DNA of 64,000 nucleotides from NCBI RefSeq assembly GCF_016026235.1, contig NZ_CP065613.1; one strand, given 5' to 3'. Below, in pieces: positions 19,247-31,775 of the stretch. The position numbers and the translations under genes were made by a program. Source of the DNA: Escherichia coli. GTDB lineage: Bacteria; Pseudomonadota; Gammaproteobacteria; Enterobacterales; Enterobacteriaceae. The notes below the pieces were generated by a model. It was not told where the DNA came from, ran no database searches, and was given only the letters and a program-made list of their open reading frames with translations. Positions within the stretch are counted from its first letter, which is position 1; every line of letters begins with the position of its first letter.

Positions 19247-19740
19247 ATGGATCGAGAGTTAAAAAATCTGACGCTGAATATCAGTCAACTGGCGGCACTG
19301 TCAGGTGTACATCGCCAGACTGCTGCGGCAAGGCTGCAAAATCTACCCGTTGCAGGGGGCATGAAAGCAACCTCAAGCTTTATCGGGTGGTTGATATTGT
19401 GTCGGCATTTCTGGCATTACCACCGCCGGTTGCAGAAGGCGAAATGGACGCGCATGAGCGCAAAGCCTGGTATCAGTCTGAACGTGAGCGTCTTAAGTTC
19501 GAACAGGAAACGGCACAACTCATTCCGGCCAGTGATGTCAGACGGGAGTTTGCCATCTGGGCAAAAGCGGTCGTGCAGGTGCTGGAGACATTACCGGATA
19601 TTCTTGAACGTGACTGCGGTCTGCAGCCTGCCGCTGTGAGCCGTGTTCAGTCCATTATTGATGATCTGCGCGATCAGATAGCCCTGCGGGTGACTGAAGC
19701 AGGTGCGGATGATGAGGAGGAATTACAGCAGGAGGAGTAA
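19247..19740 (+). pseudogene. Terminase small subunit (Nu1-like), frameshifted at G-run 19355-19359
   Basis: N-terminal HTH MDRELKNLTLNISQLAALSGVHRQT in one frame; C-terminal part in the -1 frame; one extra G restores a Nu1-like protein. Confidence 0.6.
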
Positions 19741-21820
19741 TGCTGAATCAGGAAACCGCAAAGGCAGCACGAACCGATTCAGGTTATATCCTTCGCGCAC
19801 CAAGACGAATGCGGGTTGCTGATGCCGTTGCTCAGTATATGCGGGTGCCCATGGGGCAGGGAACTCAGTCCCGTGGGATCCGCTGGTGGCACCGTATGTT
19901 ATTGAGCCGATGAACTGCCTGGCCTCGCGTGAATACGACGCAGTGATATTTGTTGGCCCGGCACGAACCGGCAAGACTATCGGCCTGATTGACGGCTGGG
20001 TGATTTACAACGTGATTTGCGATCCTGCTGATATGCTGATCATTCAGATGACGGAGGAAAAAGCCCGCGAACACTCCAAAAAACGACTCGCCAGAACGTT
20101 TCGCGTCAGCCCGGAAGTGGTCAGTCGCCTGAGTCCGAACAAAAATGACAACAACGTTTATGACAGAACATTCCTTGCTGGCAACTACCTGAAAATCGGC
20201 TGGCCGTCAGTCAATATCATGTCCTCATCAGATTATAAATGCGTCGCGCTGACGGATTATGACCGTTTTCCGGAAGATATTGATGGTGAGGGGGATGCTT
20301 TCTCTCTTGCCTCAAAACGTACCACAACATTTATGTCCAGTGGTATGACGCTGGTGGAGAGTTCCCCCGGCAGGGATGTGAAGGATGTGAAATGGCGACG
20401 GACTTCACCGCATGAGGCTCCACCAACCACGGGGATACTGTCGCTCTATAACCGTGGCGATCGCCGTCGCTGGTACTGGCCCTGTCCACACTGTGGTGAG
20501 TATTTTCAGCCCTGCGGCGATGTGGTTGCTGGTTTCCGTGATATTGCCGATCCCGTGCTGGCAAGTGAGGCGGCTTATATTCAGTGTCCTTCCTGTTCAG
20601 GACGGATTATGCCTGAACAAAAACGTGAGCTGAACGGACGTGGGGTCTGGTTGCGGGATGGTGAATCCATCAATGCGGATGGCAGTCGTTATGGTGATCC
20701 CAGGCGTTCACGTATTGCGTCATTCTGGATGGAGGGTCCGGCAGCTGCTTACCAGACACTCTCGCAACTCGTTTACAAACTGCTTACTGCAGAACAGGAA
20801 TACGAGACAACCGGAAGTGAAGAAACACTCAGGGCGGTTATCAACACCGACTGGGGATTACCTTATCTTCCCCGCGCCAGCATGGAGCAACGAAAAAGTG
20901 AACTGCTTGAGCAGCGGGCAGAGCCTGTTCCTCCCCGCTGCGTGCCGGATGGTGTTAATTTCCTGGCGGCGACAGTGGATGTGCAGGCGGGACGTCATCG
21001 CCGTTTTGTGGTTCAGGTAACGGGTTATGGTTGCCGTGGCGAACGCTGGATTATTGATCGTTACAACATCACGCAGTCATTGCGTTGTGACAACAACGGA
21101 GAAAGCCTGCGAATTGATCCTGCTGGTTATCCTGAGGACTGGGATGTCCTGCTGACGGATGTTTTTCATAAAAGCTGGCCGTTGGCCTCCGATCCTTCTC
21201 AACAAATGCGACTGATGGCAATGGCGGTGGACTCCGGCGGTGAAGACGGGGTCACTGATAATGCCTATAAATTCTGGCGTCGTTGCCGTCGTGATGGCCT
21301 TGGTAAACGTATTTACCTGTTTAAGGGCGACAGCATCCGGCGCGCAAAACTGATCACCCGTACATTCCCTGATAACACCGGACGAACGGGCCGACGGGCG
21401 CAGGCCGCAGGTGATGTGCCGCTCTGGCTTCTTCAGACGGATGCCCTGAAAGACCGGGTGAATAACGCGTTATGGCGTGACTCGCCAGGTCCCGGCTATG
21501 TGCATTTCCCTGACTGGCTGGGGAGCTGGTTTTACGACGAACTGACGTATGAAGAGCGGAGCAGTGACGGGAAATGGAGTAAGCCGGGTCGAGGTGCCAA
21601 CGAAGCTTTTGACCTGATGGTGTATGCCGAGGCTCTGGTCATTCTGCATGGTTACGAGAAAATTCAGTGGCCGGATGCGCCGGAATGGGCATGCAGGGAA
21701 ACCTGGCTGGAGCGTGTCAGGGACGATGCCGGACTGTCAGCCTCGCCGGAGCCGGTATCCGTGTCCGTTAAAAAAAGAAACGAAAAAAAGTGGTGCCTGA
21801 TGAAGAAAACCCATGGGTGA
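19740..21820 (+). pseudogene. Terminase large subunit (gpA-like), frameshifted at G-run 19859-19861
   Basis: Conserved N-terminal segment (RAPRRMRVADAVAQYMRVP) starts at ATG 19740 in one frame; main body 19886..21820 (Walker A GPARTGKT) in another; one extra G joins them. Confidence 0.65.
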
Positions 21821-22049
21821 CTTCCGGAGGATGGTTGTGAACCAGAATGATATTGAAGCCATGATCCATCGTTATATCAATGCGGAAATGGCAGTGCTGG
21901 ACGGAAAGTCCATTACTTTTAATGGTCAGCAGATGACCATGGAAAACTTATCCGAGATCCGACAGGGGCGGCAGGAGTGGGAACGTCGCCTTGCGACTCT
22001 GGCTGCGCGGCGACGGGGGACGCCGGGCTATAAACTGGCGAGGTTCTGA
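21813..22049 (+). CDS. Head-tail joining protein W-like
   Basis: Size and C-terminus RRRGTPGYKLARF resemble lambda gpW; start uncertain. Confidence 0.5.
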   Translation: MGDFRRMVVNQNDIEAMIHRYINAEMAVLDGKSITFNGQQMTMENLSEIRQGRQEWERRLATLAARRRGTPGYKLARF

Positions 22050-23553
22050 TGGCAATTCTTGATGATGTGATTGGTGTTTTTTCACCTGGCTGGAAAGCTG
22101 CGAGATTGCGCTCAAGGGCATTAATTCGTGCCTATGAGGCAGTGAAGCCTACTCGTACACATAAAGCCCGGCGGGAAAATCGTTCTGCCGACCAGCTCAG
22201 TAAGTACGGTGCAGTTTCCCTGCGGGAGCAGGCTCGTTTTCTGGACATCAATCATGATCTGGTAATCGGTGTTTTCGACAAACTTGAGGAACGGGTGATT
22301 GGTGCAAAAGGGATCGTTGTCGAACCCCAGCCATTACTGAAGAACGGTGATATAGCCACAGAGCTGGCAATGATTATCCGTCGCTTGTGGGTGGAATGGT
22401 CTGTCAGTCCGGATGTGACCGGGCAGTATACGCGCCCCATGCTCGAGCGTCTGCTGCTGCGTACCTGGTTACGTGATGGTGAAGTGTTTGCCCAGCTGGT
22501 TCGTGGTGCCGGCGGCGGGCTGGTGCGGACTGCTGGCGTGCCTTTCTGGATCGAGGCAATGGAGCCGGATTTTGTGCCCATGCTCAGTGATGAATCTGTG
22601 GGGTTGAATCAGGGTGTTTTTCTGGATGACTGGGGCAGACCGAAAAAATACCTGGTTTATAAAAATCATCCGACTACCGGGCGGCTGAGTGATACCAAAG
22701 AGATCGTTGCCGAAAATATGGTGCATCTGAAATTTACCCGTCGTCTGCATCAGACGCGTGGTACATCCATGTTGTCAGGTGTGCTGATGCGGATCAGTGC
22801 GCTTAAGGAATATGAAGATGCTGAGCTGACAGCGGCGCGTGTTGCTGCGGCTCTGGGGCTGTATATCCGTAAAGGAGATGGGCAGGATTATGAAGACGCC
22901 ACGATAAATAAAGATAATGACCGGGAACTGCATATCACCCCTGGCATTATTTATGACGATTTGCGCAAGGGGAAGATATTGGCATGGTCAAATCTGATCG
23001 GCCCAATCCTAACCTTGAAACTTTTCGTAACGGGCAGCTGCGTGCGGTGGCCGCAGGCAGTCGTATGAGTTTTTCCAGTGCGGCGCGCAATTACAACGGT
23101 ACCTACAGCGCTCAGCGACAGGAGCTGGTCGAGTCCACTGACGGGTATCTGATCCTGCAGGACTGCTTTATTGGTGCTGTAACCCGTCCCGTGTACCGGA
23201 CGTGGCTGAACATGGTGGTAGCAGCAGGTCTGCTGAAAATCCCGTCGGATGTGGATATGAAAACGTTGTGTAACGCAACATATTCCGGTCCGGTCATGCC
23301 GTGGATTGATCCGGTTAAGGAGGCTGAGGCCTGGAAAATCCAGATTCGCGGTGGAGCGGCGACAGAATCAGACTGGGTGCGAGCAGGTGGGCGTAATCCG
23401 GATGATGTCAAACGTCGGCGCAAGGCTGAAATTGATGAAAACCGCAAGCTGGGTCTGATATTTGATACCGATCCGGCCAGTGATAAAGGAGGCAGCAGTG
23501 TCGCAACGAAACGACAGGAGCCGCAGCACACCGACGGCCAGTCCGAAGAATAA
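22049..23553 (+). pseudogene. Portal protein, frameshifted at G-run 22969-22972
   Basis: Two overlapping ORFs (22049..23068, 22984..23553); one extra G makes a single reading frame of about 500 aa; position between W and protease. Confidence 0.6.
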
Positions 23554-23566
23554 TTCCTGGTTCAGG

Positions 23567-25557
23567 ATGCAGGCAGGTCACCAGAGTGACGCGGATATTT
23601 ATATTTATGACGAGATTGGTTTCTGGGGTGTTACGGCGAAGCAGTTTATCAGCGATCTGAATGCACTGGGCGATATCACCCACATTAATCTCCATATCAA
23701 TTCACCGGGTGGCGATGTCTTTGAAGGCATCGCCATTTTTAATGCACTGAAAACACATGGTGCGTCCATTACCGTTTATGTCGACGGTGTGGCGGCATCA
23801 ATGGCGTCGGTCATTGCGATGGTGGGAAACCCGGTCATTATGCCGGAAAACACCTTCATGATGATTCATAAACCATTTGGCTTTACGGGCGGTGATGCGG
23901 AGGACATGCGCACCTATGCCGACCTGCTCGATAAAGTTGAGGCGGTTCTGTTACCCGCTTATGCACAGAAAACCGGGAAAACCACCGATGAAGTTGCTGC
24001 CATGCTGGCGGATGAGACCTGGATGTCCGGTGCCGAATGTCTGGCACATGGATTTGCTGATCAGGTGACGCCAGCCGTTAAGGCAATGGCATGTATTCAG
24101 TCAAAACGTACAGAGGAATTTAAAAAGATGCCGGAATCCATTCGAAACATGATTACTCCGCCACGCAACAGTGCAACGCGTGAACCTGAAAACAAAAATA
24201 CTGCATCTCAGACACAGGAGCAGACTACGGCTCAGGTTGCCACAACCGCGACCACCACAAATGCACCTTCCGCAGATGAAAGCAGTATCCGTGCGCAGGT
24301 ACTGGCAGAGCAAAAAGCACGTGTGAGTGGTATTAATGAACTGTTTGGTATGTTTGGCGGGCGTTATCAGACATTGCAGGCCAGTTGTCTTTCCGATCCG
24401 GAGTGCTCGCTTGAGCAGGCCCGTGAGAAATTACTTAACGAAATGGGTAAGGAATTTTCACCATCAAATAAAAATACCCCGGCCCATATTTATGCCGGAA
24501 ACGGTAATTTTGTGGGGGACGGGATCCGCCAGGCGCTGATGGCGCGTGCCGGGTTTGAAAAAACTGAACGTGATAATGTCTACAACGGGATGACCCTGCG
24601 TGAATATGCCCGTATGTCACTGACTGAACGGGGTATTGGGGTTTCCGGTTATAACCCGATGCAGATGGTCGGGGCAGCGTTCACACACAGTACGTCTGAC
24701 TTCGGTAATATTCTGCTGGATGTTGCGAACAAAGCCATTCTGCAGGGCTGGGAAGATGCCCCTGAAACCTATGAACAGTGGACGCGGAAAGGTCAGCTGT
24801 CTGATTTTAAAATTGCCCATCGTGTGGGTATGGGGGCTTCAGTGCTCTGCGTCAGGTGCGTGAAGGAGCGGAATATAAATACGTTACTACCGGAGATAAA
24901 CAGGCCACGATTGCACTGGCGACCTATGGTGAACTGTTCAGTATCACCCGTCAGGCCATTATCAACGATGATCTGAATATGCTGACCGATGTCCCGATGA
25001 AACTGGGCCGTGCGGCAAAATCCACTATTGCCGATCTGGTTTATGCCATTCTGACGTCTAACCCGAAAATCTCCACAGATAATGTAAGTCTGTTCGATAA
25101 AGCGAAACATGCAAACGTACTGGAGAGCGCTGCAATGGACGTGGCATCGCTGGATAAAGCCCGCCAGTTGATGCGTGTTCAGAAAGAGGGTGAGCGTCAT
25201 CTGAATATTCGTCCTGCGTTCGTACTGGTACCGACGGCGATGGAGTCTGTTGCTAACCAGGTCATTCGCTCCTCAAGTGTCAAGGGGGCTGACATTAACG
25301 CCGGTATTATTAACCCGGTGAAAGATTTTGCGACCGTTATTGCAGAGCCTCGTCTTGATGATAACAGCCAGACCACCTTCTACCTGGCTGCGTCCAAAGG
25401 CTCCGATACGATTGAAGTGGCTTATCTCAACGGTGTGGATACGCCATATATTGATCAGATGGAGGGCTTCAGTGTGGATGGCGTGACAACGAAAGTGCGT
25501 ATTGACGCTGGTGTCGCGCCAGTTGATCACCGCGGTCTGGTGAAATGTACGGCGTAA
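23567..25557 (+). pseudogene. Prohead protease (ClpP/S49-like) - scaffold - major capsid fusion, frameshifted at G-run 24832-24836
   Basis: N-terminal ClpP-like GDVFEGIAIFNALKTHGASITVYVDGVAASMASVIA; capsid-like C-terminal part continues in ORF 24856..25557; one extra G restores continuity. Confidence 0.6.
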
Positions 25558-25643
25558 ACGTCGCAGATAACAACTCTGATGGCCCGTAAGGGCTTTTTTT
25601 GTACCTGAAATCAGCCCCTGAACGGGGCTGTGCGGAGACAGTT

Positions 25644-25967
25644 ATGGCAAAGAATTTTGTAGAAGAAGGGAAAACGGTGGCGATTGTTGCCAGTGCAGCC
25701 ATCAGCAGCGGAGATCTGGTGCAGGTGGGTGATGTTTTTGCGGTGGCGCTGACCGATATTCCACAGGGTGAAACAGGCGACGGCCTGACCGAAGGTGTGT
25801 TTATGCTGCCTAAGCTGAAAACGGATGACATGAAAACGGGTAAGAAGGTTTTTCTGAAGTCCGGAAAAGTTCAGCTGACTAACAGCGGCTCTGATCCGCT
25901 GGTCGGGGTTGTCTGGGCAGATGCCGGAGCTGGTGCAGAAGAAGTGCCGGTAAAACTCAATGTCTGA
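25644..25967 (+). CDS. DUF2190-like head protein
   Basis: ATG at 25644 after GGAG; 107 aa immediately after capsid gene. Confidence 0.45.
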   Translation: MAKNFVEEGKTVAIVASAAISSGDLVQVGDVFAVALTDIPQGETGDGLTEGVFMLPKLKTDDMKTGKKVFLKSGKVQLTNSGSDPLVGVVWADAGAGAEEVPVKLNV

Positions 25968-26235
25968 TCCCTTTTCCCGGCTGGCAGCGCGTATGGATGC
26001 GATCACGGTCAGAAAGATGGGAAAGATGGCCTCGATTAATGATGTTTATATGCCTGTGCTCCCGGGAGAAACTCTGGCAGAGCTGAACGCTCTGTCCGGA
26101 CCGGCGGTCTCTCTGGTGGTGTTTTCTTCGGGATACCGCCCACGGCGCGGGGACCGCGTTGTTTATGACGGACAACAATGGACGGTCACACGGCATGAAC
26201 GCTTTAACGGTAAACCAATGATCTTTATTGAGTAA
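25960..26235 (+). CDS. Head-tail connector protein (gpFII-like)
   Basis: RRGDRVVYDGQQW motif resembles lambda FII RRGDTLTIGEENFW; gene order. Confidence 0.5.
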   Translation: MSDPFSRLAARMDAITVRKMGKMASINDVYMPVLPGETLAELNALSGPAVSLVVFSSGYRPRRGDRVVYDGQQWTVTRHERFNGKPMIFIE

Positions 26236-26246
26236 AGAGGTGTGGG

Positions 26247-26831
26247 ATGAAGGGGCTTGAGAATGCCATCCGTAATCTGAACAGCCTCGATACCCGCATG
26301 GTGCCACAGGCCAGCGCATGGGCGGTAAACCGTGTGGCGGCAAAGATTATTTCTGTCGCCACACGGCAGGTTGCGCAGAATACCGTTGCCGGGGATAACC
26401 AGGTGAAAGGTATTCCCCTGAAAACGGTCAGGGAGCGTGTCAGGCTGCTTAAAGCCAGCCCCTCAGGAAAAATGTATGCCCGCATGCGTGTTAACCGGGG
26501 TAACCTGCCCGCCATTAAGCTGGGTACCGCACAGGTCAGACTGGCCCGCTCCCGGCATGGCAGCAACTCACGTCATCGTGGCAGCGTACTGAAAGTGGGG
26601 AAATACCTTTTCCGGGATGCGTTTATTCAGCAACTGGCGAATGGTCGCTGGCATGTGATGCGGCGTATTGACGGCAAAAATCGTTACCCCATTGATGTGG
26701 TGAAAATCCCGCTGTCCGGACCGCTGACACAGGCATTTGAAGATGCCCGCGACCGCATCATTGCTGCGGAAATGCCGAAACAGCTGGGGTATGCACTGAA
26801 ACAACAACTGAGGTTATGGCTGACCCGATGA
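26247..26831 (+). CDS. Tail completion protein Z-like
   Basis: 194 aa, position before U; AGAGG Shine-Dalgarno. Confidence 0.55.
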   Translation: MKGLENAIRNLNSLDTRMVPQASAWAVNRVAAKIISVATRQVAQNTVAGDNQVKGIPLKTVRERVRLLKASPSGKMYARMRVNRGNLPAIKLGTAQVRLARSRHGSNSRHRGSVLKVGKYLFRDAFIQQLANGRWHVMRRIDGKNRYPIDVVKIPLSGPLTQAFEDARDRIIAAEMPKQLGYALKQQLRLWLTR

Positions 26832-27229
26832 ACCGACATACACAGATCCGCCAGGTCGTACTGGCACGCCTTCGGGAACAGTGTGGAGACAGCGCCACGT
26901 TTTTTGACGGGCTTCCGGCATTTGTTGATGCGCAGGAACTGCCTGCCGTGGCGGTGTGGCTGAGTGATGCTCAGTACACCGGAAAAATGACGGATGAAGA
27001 TGACTGGCAGGCTGTTCTGCATATTGCTGTCTTCATCCGGGCACAGGCACCGGATTCAGAGCTGGATATGTGGATGGAGAGCACCATTTTCCCGGCCCTG
27101 AATGATGTACCGGCACTTTCCGGACTCATCGACACCATGAACCCACTCGGTTTTAACTATCAACGTGATAATGAGATGGCCACCTGGGCGATGGCGGAAA
27201 TCACGTACCAGATCACGTACACGAATTAA
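26816..27229 (+). CDS. Tail terminator protein U
   Basis: ATFFDG...AVAVWL...PDSELDMWMES...ITYQITY closely resembles recalled lambda gpU. Confidence 0.7.
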   Translation: MADPMNRHTQIRQVVLARLREQCGDSATFFDGLPAFVDAQELPAVAVWLSDAQYTGKMTDEDDWQAVLHIAVFIRAQAPDSELDMWMESTIFPALNDVPALSGLIDTMNPLGFNYQRDNEMATWAMAEITYQITYTN

Positions 27230-27239
27230 GGAGGTGGCA

Positions 27240-27980
27240 ATGACCACACCAAATCCACTGGCAAAAACGAAAGGTGCGGGAACGACGTTCTGGATGTACA
27301 CCGGCAAGGGCGATGCGTTTGCGAACCCTTTGTCGGACACTGACTGGCTGCGTCTTGCGATGGTGAAGGATCTGCAACCTGGCGAAATGACCGCTGATGC
27401 AGAAGATGACACTTATCTCGATGATGAAGATGCAGACTGGAAAACGACAACCCAGGGGCAGAAATCCGTCGGTGATACTTTGGCGACGCTGGCCTGGCGT
27501 CCGGGTGACAGCGGGCAGAAAAAACTGGTTCAGTTGTTCGATTCCGGTGAAGTCTGCGCGTTTCGTATCAAATACCCCAACGGTACGGTTGATGTTTTCC
27601 GTGGCTGGCTGAGTTCACTGGGTAAAACCATTACCTCAAAAGAGGTGATGACCCGTACTGTAAAAATCAGCGGTGTGGGGCGTCCGTATCTGGCAGAGGA
27701 GGGCGCTGAAACCGTGGGTGTTACCGGACTGACGGTGGCACCGGCATCTGTCAGTGTCAAAGCGGGAGCAACCACCACACTGACCTTTACAGTAAAACCT
27801 GACGGGGCCAGTGACAAAGCGATCAGTGTGCATTCGTCAGATCCTCAGACTGCTTCGGTGACCCTGAGCGGGCTTGTGGCCACGGTGAAAGGCGTGAAGC
27901 AGGGCAGTGTCAGCATCGTGGGCATGACCTCTGACGGAGAGTTTGTGGCAGTGGCTGCGGTGACCGTCAGCGCACCATAA
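27240..27980 (+). CDS. Major tail protein V with C-terminal Ig-like domain
   Basis: 246 aa as lambda gpV; AAGGAGGTG Shine-Dalgarno; C-terminal Big_2-like repeat. Confidence 0.8.
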   Translation: MTTPNPLAKTKGAGTTFWMYTGKGDAFANPLSDTDWLRLAMVKDLQPGEMTADAEDDTYLDDEDADWKTTTQGQKSVGDTLATLAWRPGDSGQKKLVQLFDSGEVCAFRIKYPNGTVDVFRGWLSSLGKTITSKEVMTRTVKISGVGRPYLAEEGAETVGVTGLTVAPASVSVKAGATTTLTFTVKPDGASDKAISVHSSDPQTASVTLSGLVATVKGVKQGSVSIVGMTSDGEFVAVAAVTVSAP

Positions 27981-28035
27981 CAGGACGATACTCATCATTG
28001 CCCCGGTTATCCGGGGCTTTTTGCATCCGGAGAAC

Positions 28036-28425
28036 ATGATGTTTCTGAAACAGGATACGTTTAATTATGAAAAACAGTCCGTGGTGCTCAGTGAGCTGTC
28101 CGGGCTGCAGAGAATTGAATATCTGACGTTTGTTCAGCAGCGAACGGCAAAGTTTGATGCACAGGAGGGAGAACTGCCGGAGGCTGAACGACAGATTGCT
28201 TTTCTGCGTATGGGAATGGATATCAATGCCTGGCTGGTTTCCCGCTCACTGTGGAATGCTGAGCAGTCTCAGGATGTTGAGACGCTTTGCGCATCCATTA
28301 TGACAACATGGTCGTATGATGCGCTGGGCGCGGGGGCGGAGAGGGTTCTGTCGCTGAGCGGTATGGGGACCATTGAGAATGCCGGGGATGATGATCATGA
28401 GGCGCTGACGCCGGAAAAGTCCTGA
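28036..28425 (+). CDS. Tail assembly chaperone G
   Basis: MFLKQ...LSELSGLQRIEYL resembles lambda gpG. Confidence 0.7.
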   Translation: MMFLKQDTFNYEKQSVVLSELSGLQRIEYLTFVQQRTAKFDAQEGELPEAERQIAFLRMGMDINAWLVSRSLWNAEQSQDVETLCASIMTTWSYDALGAGAERVLSLSGMGTIENAGDDDHEALTPEKS

Positions 28426-28763
28426 CGCGGGAAATGCAGTTTGTCATGCGGCTTGCCCGGGAGTTCCGGCGGGCAGACTGGCGGCGGATGCTGTCGGAAA
28501 TGTCGGCCACTGAGCTTGGTGAGTGGGGCGATTATTTCCGGATGCAGAGCTTCAGTGATGTGTGGATGGATGCGCAGTTTGCCTCGCTGAAGGCATTGAT
28601 CGTGAGAATGGTGTCCGGCAGCAGCGATGCTGCGGTGGCTGATTTCAGCCTTTTACCGGAAGAGAACGGGATACCGGAGCGAACGGACGAAGAACTGATG
28701 CATCTTGGGGAAGGTATTTCCGGAGGTGTGCGTTATGGACCAGATAGCCAACCTGGTCATTGA
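28410..28763 (+). CDS. T-frame of tail assembly chaperone GT (expressed as G-T fusion by -1 programmed frameshift)
   Basis: -1 frame opens at 28410 and overlaps the end of G; heptamer GGAAAAG at 28413-28419 sits where lambda has GGGAAAG. Confidence 0.55.
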   Translation, partial: AGKVLTREMQFVMRLAREFRRADWRRMLSEMSATELGEWGDYFRMQSFSDVWMDAQFASLKALIVRMVSGSSDAAVADFSLLPEENGIPERTDEELMHLGEGISGGVRYGPDSQPGH

Positions 28764-31700
28764 TTTGGGGATTGATGCGGCAGAGTTTAAAAATGAAATT
28801 CCCCGTATCAAAAACCTTCTGAATGGTGCAGCCAGCGATGCAGAACGGTCTTCTGCCCGTATGCAGCGTTTTATGGAGCGTCAGACTCAGGCCGCCCGGC
28901 AGACAACGCAGGCGGCTTCTTCGGCTGCAACAGCCGCATCCGTCCATGCGCAGACGGTGGAGAAGAACGCACAGGCTCATGAACGCATGGCCCGCGAGGT
29001 GGAGAAAACCCGCCAGCGCATGGAGGCGCTGAGCCAGAAAATGCGCGAGGAACAGGCGCAGGCCAGGGCACTGGCGGAGGCGCAGGATAAAGCGGCTGCC
29101 GCCTTTTATCGCCAGATTGACAGTGTGAAACAGGCCGGTGCGGGGCTTCAGGAATTACAGCGTATTCAGCAGCAGATCCGACAGGCCAGAAACAGTGGCG
29201 GGGTTGGTCAGCAGGATTATCTGGCGCTGATTTCGGAGATCACGGCGAAAACCCGTGCCCTGACGCAGGCAGAGGAACAGGCCACCCGGCAGAAAGCGGC
29301 GTTTATCCGCCAGCTTAAAGAGCAGGCAACCCGCCAGAATCTGTCGTCTTCTGAGTTGCTTCGCGCCAGGGCGGCTCAGCTGGGGGTAAGCAGTGCTGCA
29401 GAAGTGTATATCCGCAAAATGGAGCGGGCAGGAAAAGCCACACATTCGCTGGGGCTGAAAAGTGCGGCAGCCCGGCGGGAGCTGGGGGTGTTAATCAGTC
29501 AGATGGCGCGCGGCAATTTTGGTGCGCTGAGGGGATCCGGGATAACGCTGGCTAACCGTGCCGGATGGACAGGCGCACTGATGTCGCCGAAAGGCATGAT
29601 GACTGGCGGCGTTATTGGCGGACTTGTCGCGGCGGTCCTGGGTCTGGGTAAAGCCTGGCATGACGGCCGGAAGGAGGGCGAGGAATTTAACCGTCAGCTG
29701 GCGCTGACGGGACATTATGCCGGTGTCACTGTCGGGCAGTTGTGGAAACTCAGCCGGGCCATATCCGGGAATGGTATCACGCAACATGCGGCAGCCGGTG
29801 CGCTGGCACAGGTGGTGGGCAGTGGGGCATTTCATGGAAACGATATTGGTATGGTGGCGAAAGCTGCCGCACAGATGGAGCGATCGGTTGGCCAGTCGGT
29901 CAGCGATACCATAAATCAGTTTAAGCGGCTGAAGGATGATCCTGTAAATGCCGCGAAGGCGCTGGACAATGCGCTGCATTTTTTGACTGCCACTCAGCTT
30001 GAGCAGATACGCGTCCTTGGGGAGCAGGGGCGGTCCAGTGATGCGGCCCGGATCGCCATGTCTGCGCTGGCAGAGGAAACCGGTAAACGCACATCTGATA
30101 TTGATAATAATCTCAATGCGCTGGGTAGTACGCTGCAAACCTTGTCTGACTGGTGGAAGCAGTTCTGGGATGCGGCCATGAATATTGGTCGTGAAGACTC
30201 GCTGGATGCGCAGATTGATGCGTTACAGGAAAAAATTCAGCGCGCGAAAAAATATCCGTGGACAAACGCCTCCACACAGGTGGAGTACGATCAGCAGCGT
30301 CTTAACGATCTTCAGGAGAAAAAACGCCGGAAGGATTTGCAGGATGCAAAAGCGCAGGCAGAACGGAATTACCAGGAGCAACAGAAACGCCGGAATGCTG
30401 AAAATGCCGCGCTGAACCGGATGAATGAAACGGAAGCTGCACGACATCAGCGGGAAATTGCGCGTATTAATGCCATGCAGTACGCCGACCAGGCTGTCAG
30501 GGATGCGGCGATACAGCGTGAAAATGAACGTTACGAAAAAGCCATTAAGAAAAATACACGGGCAACCCGTAATGATGAGGCCACCCGGTTATTGCTGCAG
30601 TACAGTCAGCAGCAGGCACAGGTGGAAGGGCAGATTGCTGCTGCCAGACAGTCAGCAGGCATTGCCACTGAAAGGATGACTGAAGCGCATAAACAGCTTC
30701 TGGCCCTGCAGCAGCGCATCAGCGACCTGGGCGGGAAAAAGCTGACGGCAGATGAAAAGAGTGTGCTGGCCCGTAAGAATGAGCTGATTCAGGCGCTGAC
30801 GCTGCTGGATGTGAAACAGCAGGAGCTGCAGAAACAGACAGCGCTTAACGACCTGAGAAAAAAAACGGTTCAGCTGACCAGCCAGCTGGCAGACAAAGAA
30901 CGTGCACTGCGTGAGCAGCACAATCTGGATATTGCCACTGCAGGTATGGGGATAAGCAGCGGCAGCGCTACCAGGCACAGTTGCGCATCCGGCAGGAATA
31001 CCGGCAACAGTTGCAACAGCTTGAGAATGACAGTCGCCAGAAAGGCACTTACGGGACGGAGGACTACCGGAGGGCTGAGGAGGTGCTGAAGGGGAGCCTG
31101 AAGCGACAACTGAATGAAAACAAACGCTACTGGCAGGAACTGGAAGTGGCGCAGGGCGACTGGAAAAACGGTGCCATGCGGGCGTTTCAGAATTTTACGG
31201 CGGATGCGGATAATGCGGCGGGAACGGCAGAACAGATGTTTACAGTGGCATTCAGCAGTGCCGGTAATGCACTGGCGACATTCTGTACCACCGGTAAGCT
31301 GAATTTTAAATCCTTTACCTCTTCCCTGTTGTCAGATATGGCCAGAATTATGGCACAGATGGCCATGATGCAGGCGGTAAAGGGCGTCGGTTCTTTATTC
31401 GGCTTCACGACTAATGCTGATGGCGGTGTTTACCAGTCTGCTGATTTGAGTCGCTACAGTGGCACGGTGGTTAACCGTCCGACGTTTTTTGCTTTTGCAA
31501 AAGGCGCGGGTGTGATGGGGGAAGCGGGACCTGAAGCCATTCTGCCACTGCGTCGCGGTGCTGATGGTAAGCTGGGGGTTGTGGCGGATACTGGTGGTTC
31601 AGGCATGGTGATGTTTGCCCCGCAGTACAACATTGAGATCAATAACGATGGCACGAACGGGCAGATAGGTCCGGCTGCCCTGAAGGTGGTTTATGACCTC

Positions 31701-31775
31701 GGGAAAAAAGCGGCCGCGGACTTTATGCAACAGCAGGCCCGTGATGGTGGCCGGTTAAGTGGAGCATACCGGTAA
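28735..31775 (+). pseudogene. Tail tape measure protein H, frameshifted at G-run 30948-30951
   Basis: Long Ala/Gln-rich coiled-coil ORF 28705..31089 continues in ORF 30981..31775; one extra G gives a continuous protein of about 1010 aa. Confidence 0.7.

Noticed and set aside
29491-30138. 215-aa minus-strand ORF
   Set aside because: Antisense to the tape measure gene; no start context.
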